In this document: positions 25,411 through 39,502 of the stretch, piece after piece
Position numbering within the stretch: the first letter of the stretch is position 1
Layout of the letters: each line of letters starts with the position of its first letter
DNA from: Octopus sinensis
Taxonomy: Eukaryota
NCBI RefSeq assembly: GCF_006345805.1
Contig: NC_042999.1
Span: forward strand, 159,774,001-159,838,000
DNA length: 64,000 nucleotides
Direction: 5' to 3'
Notes under the pieces: model-generated
What the model was told of the DNA's origin: nothing
What the model saw: the letters and a program-made list of their open reading frames with translations, nothing else
Databases searched by the model: none
Position numbers and translations under genes: made by a program

Positions 25411-26699
25411 GTGAGTGTGTGGTTAGATTTTCAAAAAGTAGTTTAGTACTCAATCAGTTAAGAGAGTAAAGATATTATACTAAAAACTATAAAAAGCCCT
25501 GTGGAATACAGCCACCCAGGGTTTCATGACTGAGCTATTAATTCATTCTGCCATTTATCAAGTTCTTAAATACAACAAGATGCTTTAGTAACTGCATTTG
25601 ATGTAAGTGTTGTTTGGATGAGGATACACACTTAGAAAAAGACAGAGAGAAACACAGGGGAGATGATCAACTTCAGAGTAAATATAACAAGTGTGTTCTA
25701 AATATGAAAATTACATAAACCAACAGTGGATTGGTTTATGATGTATCTGTTGATTAATCTCTAATTCTTTTTAAGATGTATTTCTTAAAATGGGGACATA
25801 GAGAGAACAGTCTCACTCCTGGTATTTACAGAATCAATGGAGCTTCTGACGCTTTTTTTTTTTTTTTTTTAAATGACAGTTTTTCAAGCAAACATATAAA
25901 ACAACCTTTTAACTTATAAATACAGAGTTTGATCTTAAACTTAGAAAGCATCTCCTATCTGATGTTTTAGCTGACAGTTCACATCTTTAAGTTTTAAGAT
26001 TGATGCCAAGAGAGTTACTGGAAGTCTTTTTTCAGGGTGTCTGAAGGTTGAAAGATGGTGGTTGTATCTAGATGTAAATTATCCTTCCACCAATCCACTA
26101 TAACACTTGATCTCTGTCCAGCAATTTAGTTACTTAACCATCTTGTTGTTTTTAACAGCTTGAGAAACGGAGAAATAAATTAATATCTTGGCCAGGAAAC
26201 CTTGGGTAGCTGTATTTCAAAAGCTTTTTGTGGGTTTTATAAGAATTAATAATAATAATAATAATAATGTATATTTTAGACTTGTACTGTAGCTGAAGGT
26301 CAGTGCAGTTATGTGTGATTTATGATAGAGTGACAAAATAAAATAGCAAAATAATACTATATGAAAGTAACAAAAGCAAATTGTTGACTAAAGGCTTATT
26401 TGCTAGTTTAGGTTTCAATGCTAAGTCTGAGCAATTTTGATTACATGCTACTTCATCAGATGGAATGATTTGTGTTCTCATCAATAAATTTGATAGAGTA
26501 GGAAAGAAAGAAATCAGGTCAATTAGGTCATGTTTTTACTGTTCAAAGATATTTCACATGCATTTCCACACATGTAGCTCCCCCTTATGGTTCAAATTAG
26601 GGTTCTACTCTCTAATCAAGTGCACTTCCACAATCCTAAGGTTTGCAGCAGCTGTGTCTCTTGCTAAGATGTATGTATTTTTAAATATGTTTGGTATTG

Positions 26700-26920
26700 T
26701 AGCAATAACCATTTTAGCCATTTTGAAATGTGGCGCGATTCGGCAAAGACATTACATCATATTGCCAATTTGCGCCACATTTCAAAATGGCTAACAATTT
26801 TTCTGGCGAGAGGCTGATATAGCAATAACCATTTTAGCCATTTTGAAATGTGGCGCGAATTGTCAATATGACGTAATGTCTTTGCCGAAGAATTATCATT
26901 TTCGTTTTTTTCCCATTGGT
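26700..26920. promoter_or_regulatory. Candidate promoter with triplicated inverted module
   Basis: CpG-containing island in AT-rich DNA; AAAATGGC (YY1-like) in three copies, TGGCGCGAA (E2F-like), TGACGTAA (ATF/CRE-like), CCAAT on minus strand at 26915-26919; motif identity is inference. Confidence 0.4.
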
Positions 26921-28316
26921 TAATATAACTGCTCATATAAAGATTCAAAAAGTTTCGTAAAGAATATTTGTCCTGAATTTCGATTCTTTTTAGTCAAGCT
27001 GAACAGTTATAAAAACCCGGGATTTGGGGAAAAACTTTAGTGTTTGTGGGAAGTCACTTAACTCCACGACACTCACTCTTTTGAGACATCGGTAATTTTC
27101 ATGCCATGTCTAGAGTTAATCACAAATCTATTTTGATTTGTAGGTTAAATTATTAGTTAGAAAAGAAGAGATTAGTTAATGAATTTATAGTTGTTCTTCT
27201 TCACGACAAAGTTCTTTCCTACTGTAAATAATATAAAATGTTATATTTATATAATAAAAACTAATTAAAAGAAAATGTTTCTCTTCATGTTTGTTTTTCA
27301 ACTGAGCATAAATAAATATGCATTTCTGTAATCTTTAATTTATGTTTCTTATAGCAGTTTAAAAGGACACAAAGAAAATATTATACATACATGTCGTTAA
27401 TATAACGTTTCATGCGTATATGTCTCTATGACGTTATAACTGTAGTTAGGGTTTTAGGTATAATGATAACACTTTAGTATAAGTGACGTTGAATCATTAT
27501 ATTCTCCCTTACTCAGAGAAAAGCCAAATAAAATAATATAACCTAAGAGAAAGCTTAAGGTAATAAAACAAAAACTGCCGTCGTATGTTAATCTGTGATG
27601 GGTGACGATGCTTTGTAAAAGCGTTCTGCTATGAGTAACGTCTGCAGTGGCAGGACAGTTTCTAAACCACATAGGTTTCTAAATACAGTAGCCAACACTA
27701 TCTGGTGACTCTCTTTGATCTTACTGAACAGTAGCTAATGTGGTAGGTTTCTTGTGAGTTATAGTGTCAGCTAGGGAACAGGTAGTATCTTAGGACATAA
27801 GCACACTTTGCTCTTCTGAGGAGGAAAACCTATAAATTGGATCATCTAAATAGCAGTTGCAATTAGAAAAGCAAAACACTGTTACAGAGTAACATCTGCT
27901 AATACAGAATTACAGCGAATATTATCATGCTGTGGATGCATCAAGAAATACGTCTTAATGAGACACATGGATGGATACTGTTAACTTCCATATGAAATAA
28001 AGGTATACTTCATTAGAAAACAGAACCCCACTATAGCCTGCAAAGACAGAAGCGGGACACATTTAGAAAGATATTCAATATCTCTACTTGTTAAAGATAT
28101 GTACGACTCTTAATTCACCCAGTTCCCTTTGCCTTACCCAGTTTATCAATGGCAAAATAGATCAGCCTGTCTGATGAAGATTCAAAAGTGCCAACGGATT
28201 TAGCATTAAAACTTAGATCCCCTAACAAGGTTTCCAGTTGACAGTTGCTTGTTATATTGATATGGTGTCATTTACACTTTAATATCAATCATACATAACT
28301 CCACTGACCTATTATT

Positions 28317-28354
<38 letters not shown>

Positions 28355-29953
28355 ACGTACGTACTTCTACTTTTGAAAGATTATCTATTCTACACTATCA
28401 ATATTCAATGAAGAATTAATAATTTTTTACTTTTGCTAATAGTTTTGTACTTCAAAATTCATGATGTTTTGGTGTGAGACGATAAAGAGAGTATGATAGT
28501 TATCTTACAGTGGTATATATATATATATATAACTAGAATAGAAAGTAAGAGTGCACAATCAGTTATACTTGTTTTGTTTTTTACTTTCTTTGAGTAGAAA
28601 TGTAAGCAATATTTTACAACATTGAACAGCAAGCATTTGTTAAAGCAGATTAGATATGAGAAATATTTCTGTCAAAGATTTAAAGATTTATTTTTTTGTT
28701 TCTTCAATTCCATCAACAATAAATCTATATATAATAAGATAGCACAGTATAAAATATACACAGAAAACAATTGGATTATTCACTGAAAGACATGTATGCC
28801 ATGTATATGAAGATTGCCAAACCACACAATGAAAACATGCAATTTAAACCACAAAGTAGCGCCTTTGGTAACATGCAAATCATCCTCAACTTAAAACTCT
28901 CAAACTTAGTACAGATGACTTTATATCAAGTTAAGAAAGACAACAACAAAAAAAAAAAAACTGAGTTTATAAAATGAAGCAACCAAGAACATAATATAGA
29001 CAGTTCGCTTTGTGATTTATGTGTCATTTCTTTATTTAATTTTCATTTCCTTGATATAAAGAACATTTGGAATGTAGAGAGATTTTATTATTTTCTTTTC
29101 AGAAATATTTCTATGTTTTGCATATTATTGCTGTCTACAGCATTAACTAAACTTCAGATAAACTTCAGATATTCTAGACCTAAACACAATTCATATTATC
29201 TAAATATAGAATAATTTGTAGATTATTATTATTATTATTATTATCATTGTTAATGATGGTACATCTACAGCAACCTCCTTGAAAACTAAAACAGTGGTAT
29301 TTGTAAATTTAATCATTTCCTTTCTCCTTTGGTACCTACGAGTGAATATTGAATTGTCTAAAGAGGAATAAGTCTTGCAAAGCATATAACCACAATATAT
29401 TAAATGAAAATAAAATTATTCACCTTACTTTTCCCCACAAAGCATTTTATTTTGGTGTATGTGTATATATATATGTACACATGCATATTTTCATGCCTCC
29501 TAACACTAGATTTTTCCACTAATGAAAAAGGAAGTTTGCATGGGAGTACTACCACTTATGTATTTCAATAATCATAGTTCTACTCTTTGAGTAACTTGGT
29601 TTTAAAAGTGTCAGTGTCATCAAGTTTCAAATACGTTAGATTAGTTATCAGAAGTTAATATTCTTGGAGTGAGTAGAGAGTCGAAAGTTAACCCCAAAGG
29701 CATTCCAACCATGATCATTCTGCACTTCTCTGCTAAAACGTACTCTAGGCTATTTAATCCAATGTATCCTTTTATTAGGATGGCAAGATGTAGTTTGAAG
29801 GAGATATGGCTGTTAGACCTAACAGGTTAAACAACCATGTAAAACCATCCTCATTGCCAAATGTATAATTAATGCTACATGCAGTGCCTGCAACAAGCTT
29901 AAAAATATATAGCAATTGAGTGTTTCAAAGTCAACAAATCCTGGCTTCATCAA

Positions 29954-30292
29954 CCTTGGGCAAGTGTCTTCTGCTATAGTCCCGGGCCGACCAATGCTTT
30001 GTGAGTGGATTTGGTAGACGGAAACTGAAAGAAGCCCGTCGTATATATGTATATATATATATGTGTGTGTGCTTGTATGTTTCTGTGTCTGTGTTTGTTC
30101 CCCTAGCATTGCTTGACAACCGATGCTGGTGTGTTTACGTCCCTGTTACTTAACGGTTCGGCAAAAGAGACCGACAGAATAAGTACTGGGCTTACAAAAG
30201 AATAAGTCCCAGGGTCGAGTTGCTCGATTAAAGGCGGTGCTCCAGCATGACCGCAGTCAAATGACTGAAACAAGTACAAGAGTAAAGAGAGT
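29954..30292 (+). mobile_element. SINE family A, 5'-truncated
   Basis: Begins at CCTTGGGCAAGTGTC, intact tail. Confidence 0.85.
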
Positions 30293-30345
30293 ATACCCTG
30301 AAGCATTCTCCTCTGTGGAGCCAAAATCTGAAGCTTCAAACTCAC

Positions 30346-30372
30346 CTTGTTGGAACACACACAAATCTTTAC
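30346..30372 (-). CDS. Candidate 27-nt micro-exon (G)KDLCVFQQ
   Basis: ccctcag|GT...CAAG|gtgagt; phase 1-1, compatible with 31782-31856. Confidence 0.25.
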
Positions 30373-30995
30373 CTGAGGGCTAAAAACATTTGCTTAAAAG
30401 CACAAGACCACACAGGGTAGTTGTGGAGACATTCCCTTCATCTCTTCTAATGTCACTGCTTGATGCAAGGCAGACTTTATTGGCCACCACTATAAAACTA
30501 CCAACTAGCCATAGCAGGTGTTACATTTTGATGATTTCCACATCTTTTTTTGAGGATAAACTCAACTACATTAAAGTTTTTGGCAGAGATACACATCATG
30601 AAACTGATGATCTACCAAAGCTAATGTGGGAAGAAATTCCTGACACATGGTTGAAAGATGCAACTCAGTTGTAGCTGCTTGAATAAGTGTTAATGTTGAT
30701 TTTTTTGATTTTCCATTACTTTTAGCTTCAACAAAACTTACAAAGTGTAAATAAGAACAGTTATAATTAGATGTATGATCAAATGAAGGATTATATTTAA
30801 TGGCGTTTCTATGTCTAGGTAAAGAGAAAAAGAAATCTAAAGACAAAAGCTTTATTTCATCAGTCTTTATTGGTATTTATGAATGATACTAAGTCTAATT
30901 GGTAATGTAAATAAAGGATTCAACAATAACTTTAAACTAAATGATAACATGCTTTTACCACATAATATCATCAGATTAATGTATGTAAGTATATA

Positions 30996-31027
<32 letters not shown>

Positions 31028-31058
31028 AAGTGGGGTTGTTGTGTGTGTATAAATATAT

Positions 31059-31100
<42 letters not shown>

Positions 31101-31781
31101 TACATATACCGATTGATATTAATTCTAACAGGTGTAGACATGCACTAAAATATAAAATTATTCAATGATACGATTGATAACATTTTTATCAAGAAATTAT
31201 TTTAACTTTCAAAATAAACATTATCAAAATTGTTTTTAATAAATTGACATGCAGCAAACGTGTAGTTATATTGTAAAATCAAAAGTTGTTCATTGCTATT
31301 TTAGTGGAGTAATGTTATTTCTAACTAAAGCTAAAAGGAAAACCTCTTTTTACAGTTGACATCTGATTGCATAACGTTTATAAATATACATACATGTTGA
31401 TGTTAAAATAATTATAATCCAAGTTTTCGCCAAAGAATAAATGCAGTTCTCTGAAGAGTTACACTGAGACTTATGGAAAATTGACACACCTAAGAATTTC
31501 AAACATGTTTTTAAAATAAATGAAGTATTTTAGTTCCGTAAGTTTGAGCGCTTTATATAAACAAAATTTTTATTCTTTGATTTAACTCTCACCTATCTGG
31601 GATAATTTAGTGAGTTGAAATAATTAATCAATTATATTTTTTAACTAAATCAAAAGACAAGCTGAGGTGCAAGTAACAAATTAAGACTCGGTGATGAACA
31701 CACTAACAAAACAAATTAGTAGTGAGACTAAAATTGTGGTATGTCAAAGTCAGGCCTGTGGAAAGTTCTAGTAACACTTAC

Positions 31782-31856
31782 CAGTTACTGGACATAGTCG
31801 CAATTTGTTATTTCTCTGAATTGGAGCAACCATCTCTTGGATGTTTTTCTTTAGAC
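31782..31856 (-). CDS. Candidate internal coding exon of an unidentified gene, (G)LKKNIQEMVAPIQRNNKLRLCPVT(G)
   Basis: ttttcatgcag| acceptor, |gtaagt donor, 75 nt, phase 1-1, only one open frame. Confidence 0.5.
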
Positions 31857-32909
31857 CTGCATGAAAAGTGTGAGGGGATAAGGGAGAACTGAATATATCA
31901 ACAGACCAATGACACAGCTGAATAGGAGCAGACATCATGTTCCTCATTAGGTTTTGCCAGATGAAAATATAAGTAAAATAAATAAAATATCATGCCCAAA
32001 CACTTGATTAAATGAGTTTTGCAACAACATCTGGTAGCTTTCAATGATCAAAAACAATCCAACATAAAGTATCGGCTCAACAACAAATCTATCCACTTTA
32101 CAAGTTCATGTGGATAGCATGAAGGGGTGGGGGGAACAGAAGTAAAACCTATGAAATAATCTAAATTAAATAAACTGTATAATAATGAGATTATTATTTT
32201 TAACCAAGTATAATAGAATTAGCTAAATTAATTGAAAATATGTTTACATCTGAGTTACATGAACTAAAAATATATTTATAAACCAACATAAAAATAAATC
32301 ATTACATAAAAAAAAAGAATGAAAACACTTTTAAGAAGTCTATAGCAATCAAACAAACCTTTTACATAATAACCCTAATATGAAGATTTCTAATACACAA
32401 CCTTTAAAAATCTTAATAAGAACACTGGCAGTTTTTTTAATTAAATCCTAAAACCATTCACACATATTGTTAGCACTATACTACTTTGAGTAGAGATTAA
32501 GATTTCATTAACTTTTTATCCGCTAAAATTGAGGGCCATCTTATGACATCTACCGTAATGTTGAAATTATAATTTTTTTTTCCCCTTTATTACCAAGTGA
32601 ATTTTGTAAGGAGAATCAACGTGTTTTGCTGAACATGTAATATGAAATTTACAGCAATGTTGATGTACTTGAACGGCAAAAAAATGAAGTGGAAAACTGC
32701 ATACAAAAGCACTGACTCTAGCTTGAACATACATTAACATTTAAATCCTTGCTGTGCCTTTTCTATATAAATCTCCCAATCCTGTGAGAAACCAGAGATT
32801 TTTGTATGAAATATGGTTAGTCCAGTATAGAAACTATAAAAACATAACCACTGCATGAATTTAGATAAAATTTGATGATGATAGGATGTAATATTTGTAA
32901 GTGTACATT

Positions 32910-33200
32910 CTATATGTGGCTTTTACCTATTGTCATGGCACTTTCACATCCCAAAGTATGTTGAATACAGGTAAGTTGATTACATGTAGATGTTTTCACA
33001 TATTTACAAAATATTGATTCTTGGGCATTGATTTCTTGACCCAGAATTGAATTTGTTCTCCAGTAATCACTAAAACTTGGAAGCCACACAACTCCCATTT
33101 GAAGAAGCATTCTTAAGTATGCCTTGATATCCTCCATTCAAAGATTTGTAAGGCCGATATGACTAATAAATTAGTGTTCTCATACATCAACCAGTATGCT
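32910..33200 (-). pseudogene. piggyBac-family transposase relic
   Basis: EDIKAYLRMLLQMGVVWLPSFSDYWRTNSILG resembles the EIKAF.GL..LMG...LP...DYWS motif of piggyBac/PGBD proteins; no long ORF. Confidence 0.6.
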
Positions 33201-36200
33201 GAGGCTCGACATGTAAAATATATCAGTAAACTAATTTCTTATCTTAATATCCTTATCATTAACTAATGAAAAAATCAATACTTTGATCAACTATGTGATC
33301 ACTTCACTCCTGTTCAGAACTAAAAAGCCCAATTATTACTTCCATGCAGTTGTATACAGATGATACTGAAATGTCACTCTGGTTGCTTTTTTACAAGTCT
33401 AAGTTCTCTTTCTCTAACTAAATTAATAATAAATAATATCACCAAATTCTAGATCATCACTTGCAGTTTCAGCTGCTATGGTACTTGAAATAGAAGAAAA
33501 ACATTCACTTAAACTACAGAAAATAAATGCATATGATGCAAACCGAGTTTTTTGACTAAAATGAAACTAAACTTTGTTTCTCACACAGAAGAGTGGTTAG
33601 GTCCTGTTTTTCAAACCCAAACAACCACACATTTTGAATTGCAGCTATATGCATTTCAGGACTTGGCGGCAGTTGTGAATATTTGTACAAAAAAGAGAAA
33701 ATCAATAACTAATTTTGCCTTCACTAGAAAATCTAATCAGATGTCCAGTTTACACTAAGTCAAAATATTTAATCAAAAAGATAACACCTTGTGTGCATAC
33801 ATAACAATTACAAACAAGGAAATTAAGAGAGTCAAGTGTAACACAAGAGAATTCTAGTTGGGGAAGAAATAAGTTCAGATGAAATATCCAAAACATAAAC
33901 TACTCAGTAATTGAAAACAATAAATAAGAAAGATATTTAGATGAAGAGTGTGAATGGCTAGCAGTGCTGTTGCTTAGCTGGAATATCTTATTTGTATTGG
34001 ACAATTCATTTGTGAATAAACCCATGAGAATATTTCTTTATAGATCTAGAAAATATTCTCTCAAAATCACCACAAACTAAATCAATATAGATAATCATTT
34101 TAAATATTTTCTTTCATCATTGTATTGTATAGGCAGCTACACTAAAGAGTCAGAGTCCTACAAATCATTTTAGATGAGCCCAGACCATAAATACAATTGT
34201 AAACAGTAGAATTAGAGTAGATGATTGAATATTATAAAAGCTTTCAGTTTATAACTTCAGACAAATGTAACTGAGAGTTATAAGTTGAAAACATCACAAG
34301 TTTGAATATTGTTGATATTGAGCTACAATTTAATGTCTGCCAACTAAGCAATTTCACAGTATTCGGGGCAGATTACTATGATTGTCCATCCATAAAACAA
34401 TGTTCTGTTATTCTATTGTGGTTAATGTTCTCAGCATTAAGGCATGTTGTACACAGGTCATCACAAGGCCTTACTAAAAAGATATAAAAGACTATCTCTA
34501 AATGGACCCTCACTGATATCCCATACATATAAGTATGGCCATCAGAGATTACGGGTTATTCACAGATTAAAAATGTTCAAAATGGTTGACAGTCAAAACG
34601 CAGTAAAAGAAATATACTGCATGATGCAATCAGCAAGATAATGATGAACTTGCTTATTCATGCTCATCAGCAGAAATCAAAACATTTTCAGGAGAAAAAG
34701 AGGTTGACTACTTCAATTTCTTGCTTGTGTTGAGTGATCTGGATTATGAAGGATAATCCAGGAGAGAAATAATAGAGCTCATGATTATTCAACATCAATC
34801 TTTTTTTTTTAAAGTACCTAGTTGCAACTCATTGGAAATTTTAGAACTTCCCACCTTATGAATGTTCTTTAGCAACTTTTCTTGACAAGGATCAACAGTA
34901 ACCTATTTGACACCATAGCTTTATTGCATGATATCAACACATTATTTTTATTTTTTTTAATTATACAAGTTACCTATAAGTAATTAAGTGTGATGTTAAA
35001 TATAAAAAAAAAGAAACTGCAATACCATTTGCAAAATAAAGTTGAGGTATTGCATAATTTCTTTTACATCTGTTTATTTTTTTCAAGAGAAGAAATAACC
35101 AGTTACATCACAAAACTAGTCCCAGTATAATCTGAAACAGATCAATACAGTTTCTATTATTCAGAAATAATAATTTAAGAATTACTAATATATTAGCGTA
35201 ATTAGTATAAACTAATTGAATATTACAGTTAGTCTTCTGAAAAAATCCTTAAATTACTTTCATAGCATATTTCATGGAATCATGATAGACTGTTCATTAT
35301 ACAGATGACAACTTTAACAATAAAATTTTTTAAAAACTAATAATAGGGAGTGAAAACACACATACTTCAAAACATTGATGAGACAGACTTTCTATTAACT
35401 CATAAAAGATTTTATAGCAACACTACCAAATAAAGTTAAGTTACTGATGACCAGTTGTTTAAAGTTTAGCAAACCATGTGTTTTCAAGTATTTTATGCAA
35501 CTGAAAGATTTTGAAGAAGTCCAAAGAAGCCAACTAAAAGAAATGAATTTCCAGTTTCTTCTCATCGCAAAAACATTTCAGCTTGATCTTATTAAGCAAA
35601 CTTTCGAAAATCAGATAGTAAATTTTTGCGTTGTGGGTAGTTATCAACGTGACAAAGCTAATACATTATTATGGAGAAGAAAAATGACTTAGGAACAAAG
35701 AAAATAATGTTAAGATGTTTGTCAAAATCCACTTTATGTTAAAGTTCAAGATAAAAAAAAATATAAGTTTTCATCATTTATCTCAATAAGGGACACAAAT
35801 ATTTCTAGAATTTAGATATTACAACATAAAAATAAGGCAGAAGTCAAATAAAGTTGAAGACTTTTTTTTATTTCTTTATATAAACCCACTCCAAAAGACT
35901 CAAAAGGTCAGAAATGTATGAACAGAATTTTGCATTCACTTACTATTATTATTAATTTGATACTTCAGTTTTTGTTTTTTTTTATGGGGTGGGAGGCTGT
36001 TGTATTTGTTGTGCATCTCAATTTCACTTTTTTTAATGTCATTTTAAAACATGACCAATAAAAAAAAAACAAAAAAATAAAGGCTGTTGAAAAAGATTTT
36101 TTGAAACATTTATTTTTTTACACAGTTGTAAAAAAAGATAAGCATTTTAAAAACATTTCATTGGGTGGAATAAATGGTCATAGAGGTATGAAGTCTTGTA

Positions 36201-37733
36201 GCACAAGTGGGAAGGAGGGGCTACAAAATAGTTTTGGTTAGTATTTCCTTGACAACATAAGCACATCAACAAGTAGACAAAGATTTAAACTGTAATATAA
36301 CAGTGTTTTTACAGAAATTTTTCAAATTGCTTCAGTTAAAAATTGAAAACCTTTTTATTCTTTTTTTGTTTCCAAAAACAAAAACATCAAAAATACATAT
36401 GGTAATTTTTAAGGGTGATCAATGACGTGTCAAAATAGACAACTATATTCACAACCAAATCTAACAAAACATTATCTCTCCACAGATTGGAGCAATCCAA
36501 GTGAGGTCAATAAATAAGTTATTTACATCAAACAATTTACAACTGACAAGGAAGTAAAGGCTTTGTCTTTGTTACTACAAAGAATTTCATGAAATAGTAC
36601 CTGATAGTTTCGAAAATTGCACTACTCATTAGCTTATAAATTTTATCTGGAATGTCTGTTTACATGAAGGCTAAAAGCAAATTTAAAATAACCATCAAGG
36701 TAACATTTTGCTGACCTTTTTATACAGCTAGGCATTATTCTTCAGACATTACTATTTCTTTATTGTGAAAGAAATATTATAGAAGAGAAAAAAAAAATCA
36801 GAGAAATGAAAGTAAAAACAATTCACAAGGTTGAAAATAATTTTTTTTAATGTTTTTATTTATGGAATTTTATTTTAAAAAGAAAAAAAACTATTTGCAG
36901 TGAGTTGGATCAACAAAATAAGATTGAGAAGATATGTTGAGATTACTACAGTTATTTTTTTTTTATTGTTTGGTAGTTATATATTTAAGTATAATTCAGG
37001 AACAAGAATAGGGAATACATAATGCTTATACCCCCAAAAGATCAGAGACTGTTTAGAACAAAGGGGAGAGTCTTAATTGTTGAATAGATAGCCAAAAGTA
37101 AAAACAACTGAGTAAAGTTCTACACATACACCCCACACACGTCTTTTTATTATTATTTTCAATGAATAAAAAGTTACAAAAGTGACTCAGGGGCTGAGAG
37201 TTTCACAATCGGCACTTTTCAAAATGACTTCAAATCAGGGAAATTGTTTCTTTATACAGAGTGTAAGTACAATTCTACTAGGAATGATCAATTAAAAATT
37301 AAAATCGCAGGATCATGTGAAAAATATATATTTTTTCAAATAGACTGCCCATTAAACAGAAAGAAGTCTTGGGAGGAAATAAAATGCAGCAAAAAGGAAA
37401 AAATGCAATCACATACACAATATATTTCTACACATATACACACATCAGTTCATGTGCACATACATACATGTATGCGATTAGGTATACACATAGATGCACA
37501 CACACACACACACACACACACATTAAATATATACATCGCGTTATGCTAAGAAGCAGTGCACTGTACCGGAATTTGCCCCAAGTCAAATATAACAAGCTAC
37601 TCCAAATCATTCACTATTAAAACTTAAATACACACACACACACACACACACAGGGGAAGAGGGTGTTTAAAATTTAGACCCATATTTGACGAACACTTTG
37701 TTGAAAGCCAGACCTGGATAAGCATATCAGATA

Positions 37734-38090
37734 AGCACATAAAAGCACTATCCGCTCGTGTCCGTAGCCAGCCTCGGCTGGCCCCCGTGCCAGCGGCACG
37801 TAAAAGCACTATCCATTCGTGTCCGTTGCCAGCCTCGCCTGGCCCCTGTGCCGGTGGCACGTAAAAGCACCATCCGTTCGTGTCCGTTGCCAGCTCCGTC
37901 TGGCACCTGTGCAGGTGGCACGTAAAAAGCACCCACTACACTCACAGAGTGGTTGACGTTAGGAAGGGCATCCAGCCGTAGAAACACTGCCAGATCTGAC
38001 TGGGCCTGATGAAGCCTTCTGGCTTCACAGACCCCAGTTGAACCGTTCAACCCATGCTAGCATGGAAAACGGACGCTAAATGATGATGAT
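37734..38090 (+). mobile_element. RTE 3'-UTR-only insertion with 61-bp tandem repeats and (TGA)n tail
   Basis: Homologous to reverse complement of 11623-11960; GATA on both sides; empty site present at about 39590. Confidence 0.85.
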
Positions 38091-38874
38091 GATAGTAAGA
38101 AACATAAGGAATCATGAAGAATAAATCATTACAGTCATACTCATTTCAACTGGTAAATCCTGAGTTTGCATTGAAAGATTTCATATAAGATTCCGAAGTA
38201 TATTGGAAAGACATATAAAGAATGGAGAAATATACATCTTCAATTAAAATTTTCCTGTATATAAGATTCCAACTGTTTCTGTTGAATAAGTGTCTTAGTA
38301 TCCCCAGATGTGACAGTTTTTGTGCAGAACCATCTCATCTACGGATCCGAAGACACTTATACAATTGACACTCATACAATAGAAGCACGTGTTGGAACCT
38401 AACATGCCTGGGAAATTTTAATTAGAGATGTATAACTTTCCACTCTTAATGATACACACACAAATCATATGACATTCAAGTTTACATAAGTATCAATTTG
38501 TATTGTGAATAGAAATATAATTACATATTTTCCTAATTATATAATGCTGCTGTATTTTATAATGAGCCTCTTAGCAGAGATGGCTTTAAATACAGGATAG
38601 AATATATCCCTCCACAAAGATCCCCTGATGTTAAAAACATTAGGTAAAGTTATATGGCAGAAACTTTCACTTTCACACACGCACATTCCAGTTTGAGCAT
38701 CAGGTCTAATATCACCAGATTCTTCCCTCTAGCATAAGTTCCACAAGATTTTTAGCAGATATTACTTCAAAGTCATGGTTGCATAATATAATTTCATCTT
38801 TTCTTTAACGAGACCAGGAAGCGATTAACCCCACCCCCTTCCCACCATCTCTCACAAATGAATCTTCACCTCAG

Positions 38875-39298
38875 TGCAACTGCTCTATCAGGAGAAGATG
38901 CCTTCTACATGGTGAATGCATTCCAAAAAAGTGTTGTTTTACCATGCCAAGATTTCCCACCAATGATGACAACAATGACACAAAATGCTATATAGGCCTT
39001 TCTAAGAACACATTCAAATCCAGCCATTCAGACTTGAAGAGAAGAGATCGGTAACAACATTTTCAAAATACATGTGAAGTTTAGAAAACAAAGGCATCTC
39101 CAACTGCAAAATCAAATGGAATAGTTTCAAATTTACTCCAGCTTATATCAAAGACAACAAATGTTATCTTTACTTGTTTGCAAAATTCAATATACTTACA
39201 CAAAGTCTCAATCTAATAAATTCTAAATTAGAGTTCATTTCTTCATGGCAATTCCAAAGGGAATTCATTCTACAATTCTTCAAGCTACTCACTGAATG
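38875..39298 (+). pseudogene. Penelope-like element relic, GIY-YIG endonuclease
   Basis: CNCSIRRRCLLHGECI, VV-YHAKIS, KCYIGLSKNTFKS, TTFSKYM*SLENK, KIKWN..., with frameshifts and stops. Confidence 0.75.
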
Positions 39299-39502
39299 AT
39301 ATTATACATGGCTTTACGACCTTTGATGTTTTACACACCTGCTTTTCATCCTGCACTTATATATTCATCTCTTTGCCTATGGTTCCCTACTCTTACACAA
39401 TTCCACTTTTATAAATACCATGTTTTTATACAAATGCCCTTTCATATGAATTACTTATCTAATATCACATTCAATTACAACTTAAATGCACACAGACACA
39501 CA

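Noticed and set aside
28171-28210. CTGATGAAG motif
   Set aside because: No stem II or GAAA follows
37735-37925. Regularly spaced repeats as a possible CRISPR array
   Set aside because: Contiguous tandem units with no unique spacers, inside a eukaryotic LINE UTR; no cas genes
38006-38030. CTGATGAAGCCTTCTGGCTTC in the RTE tail
   Set aside because: Hairpin present but no GAAA or cleavage-site arm
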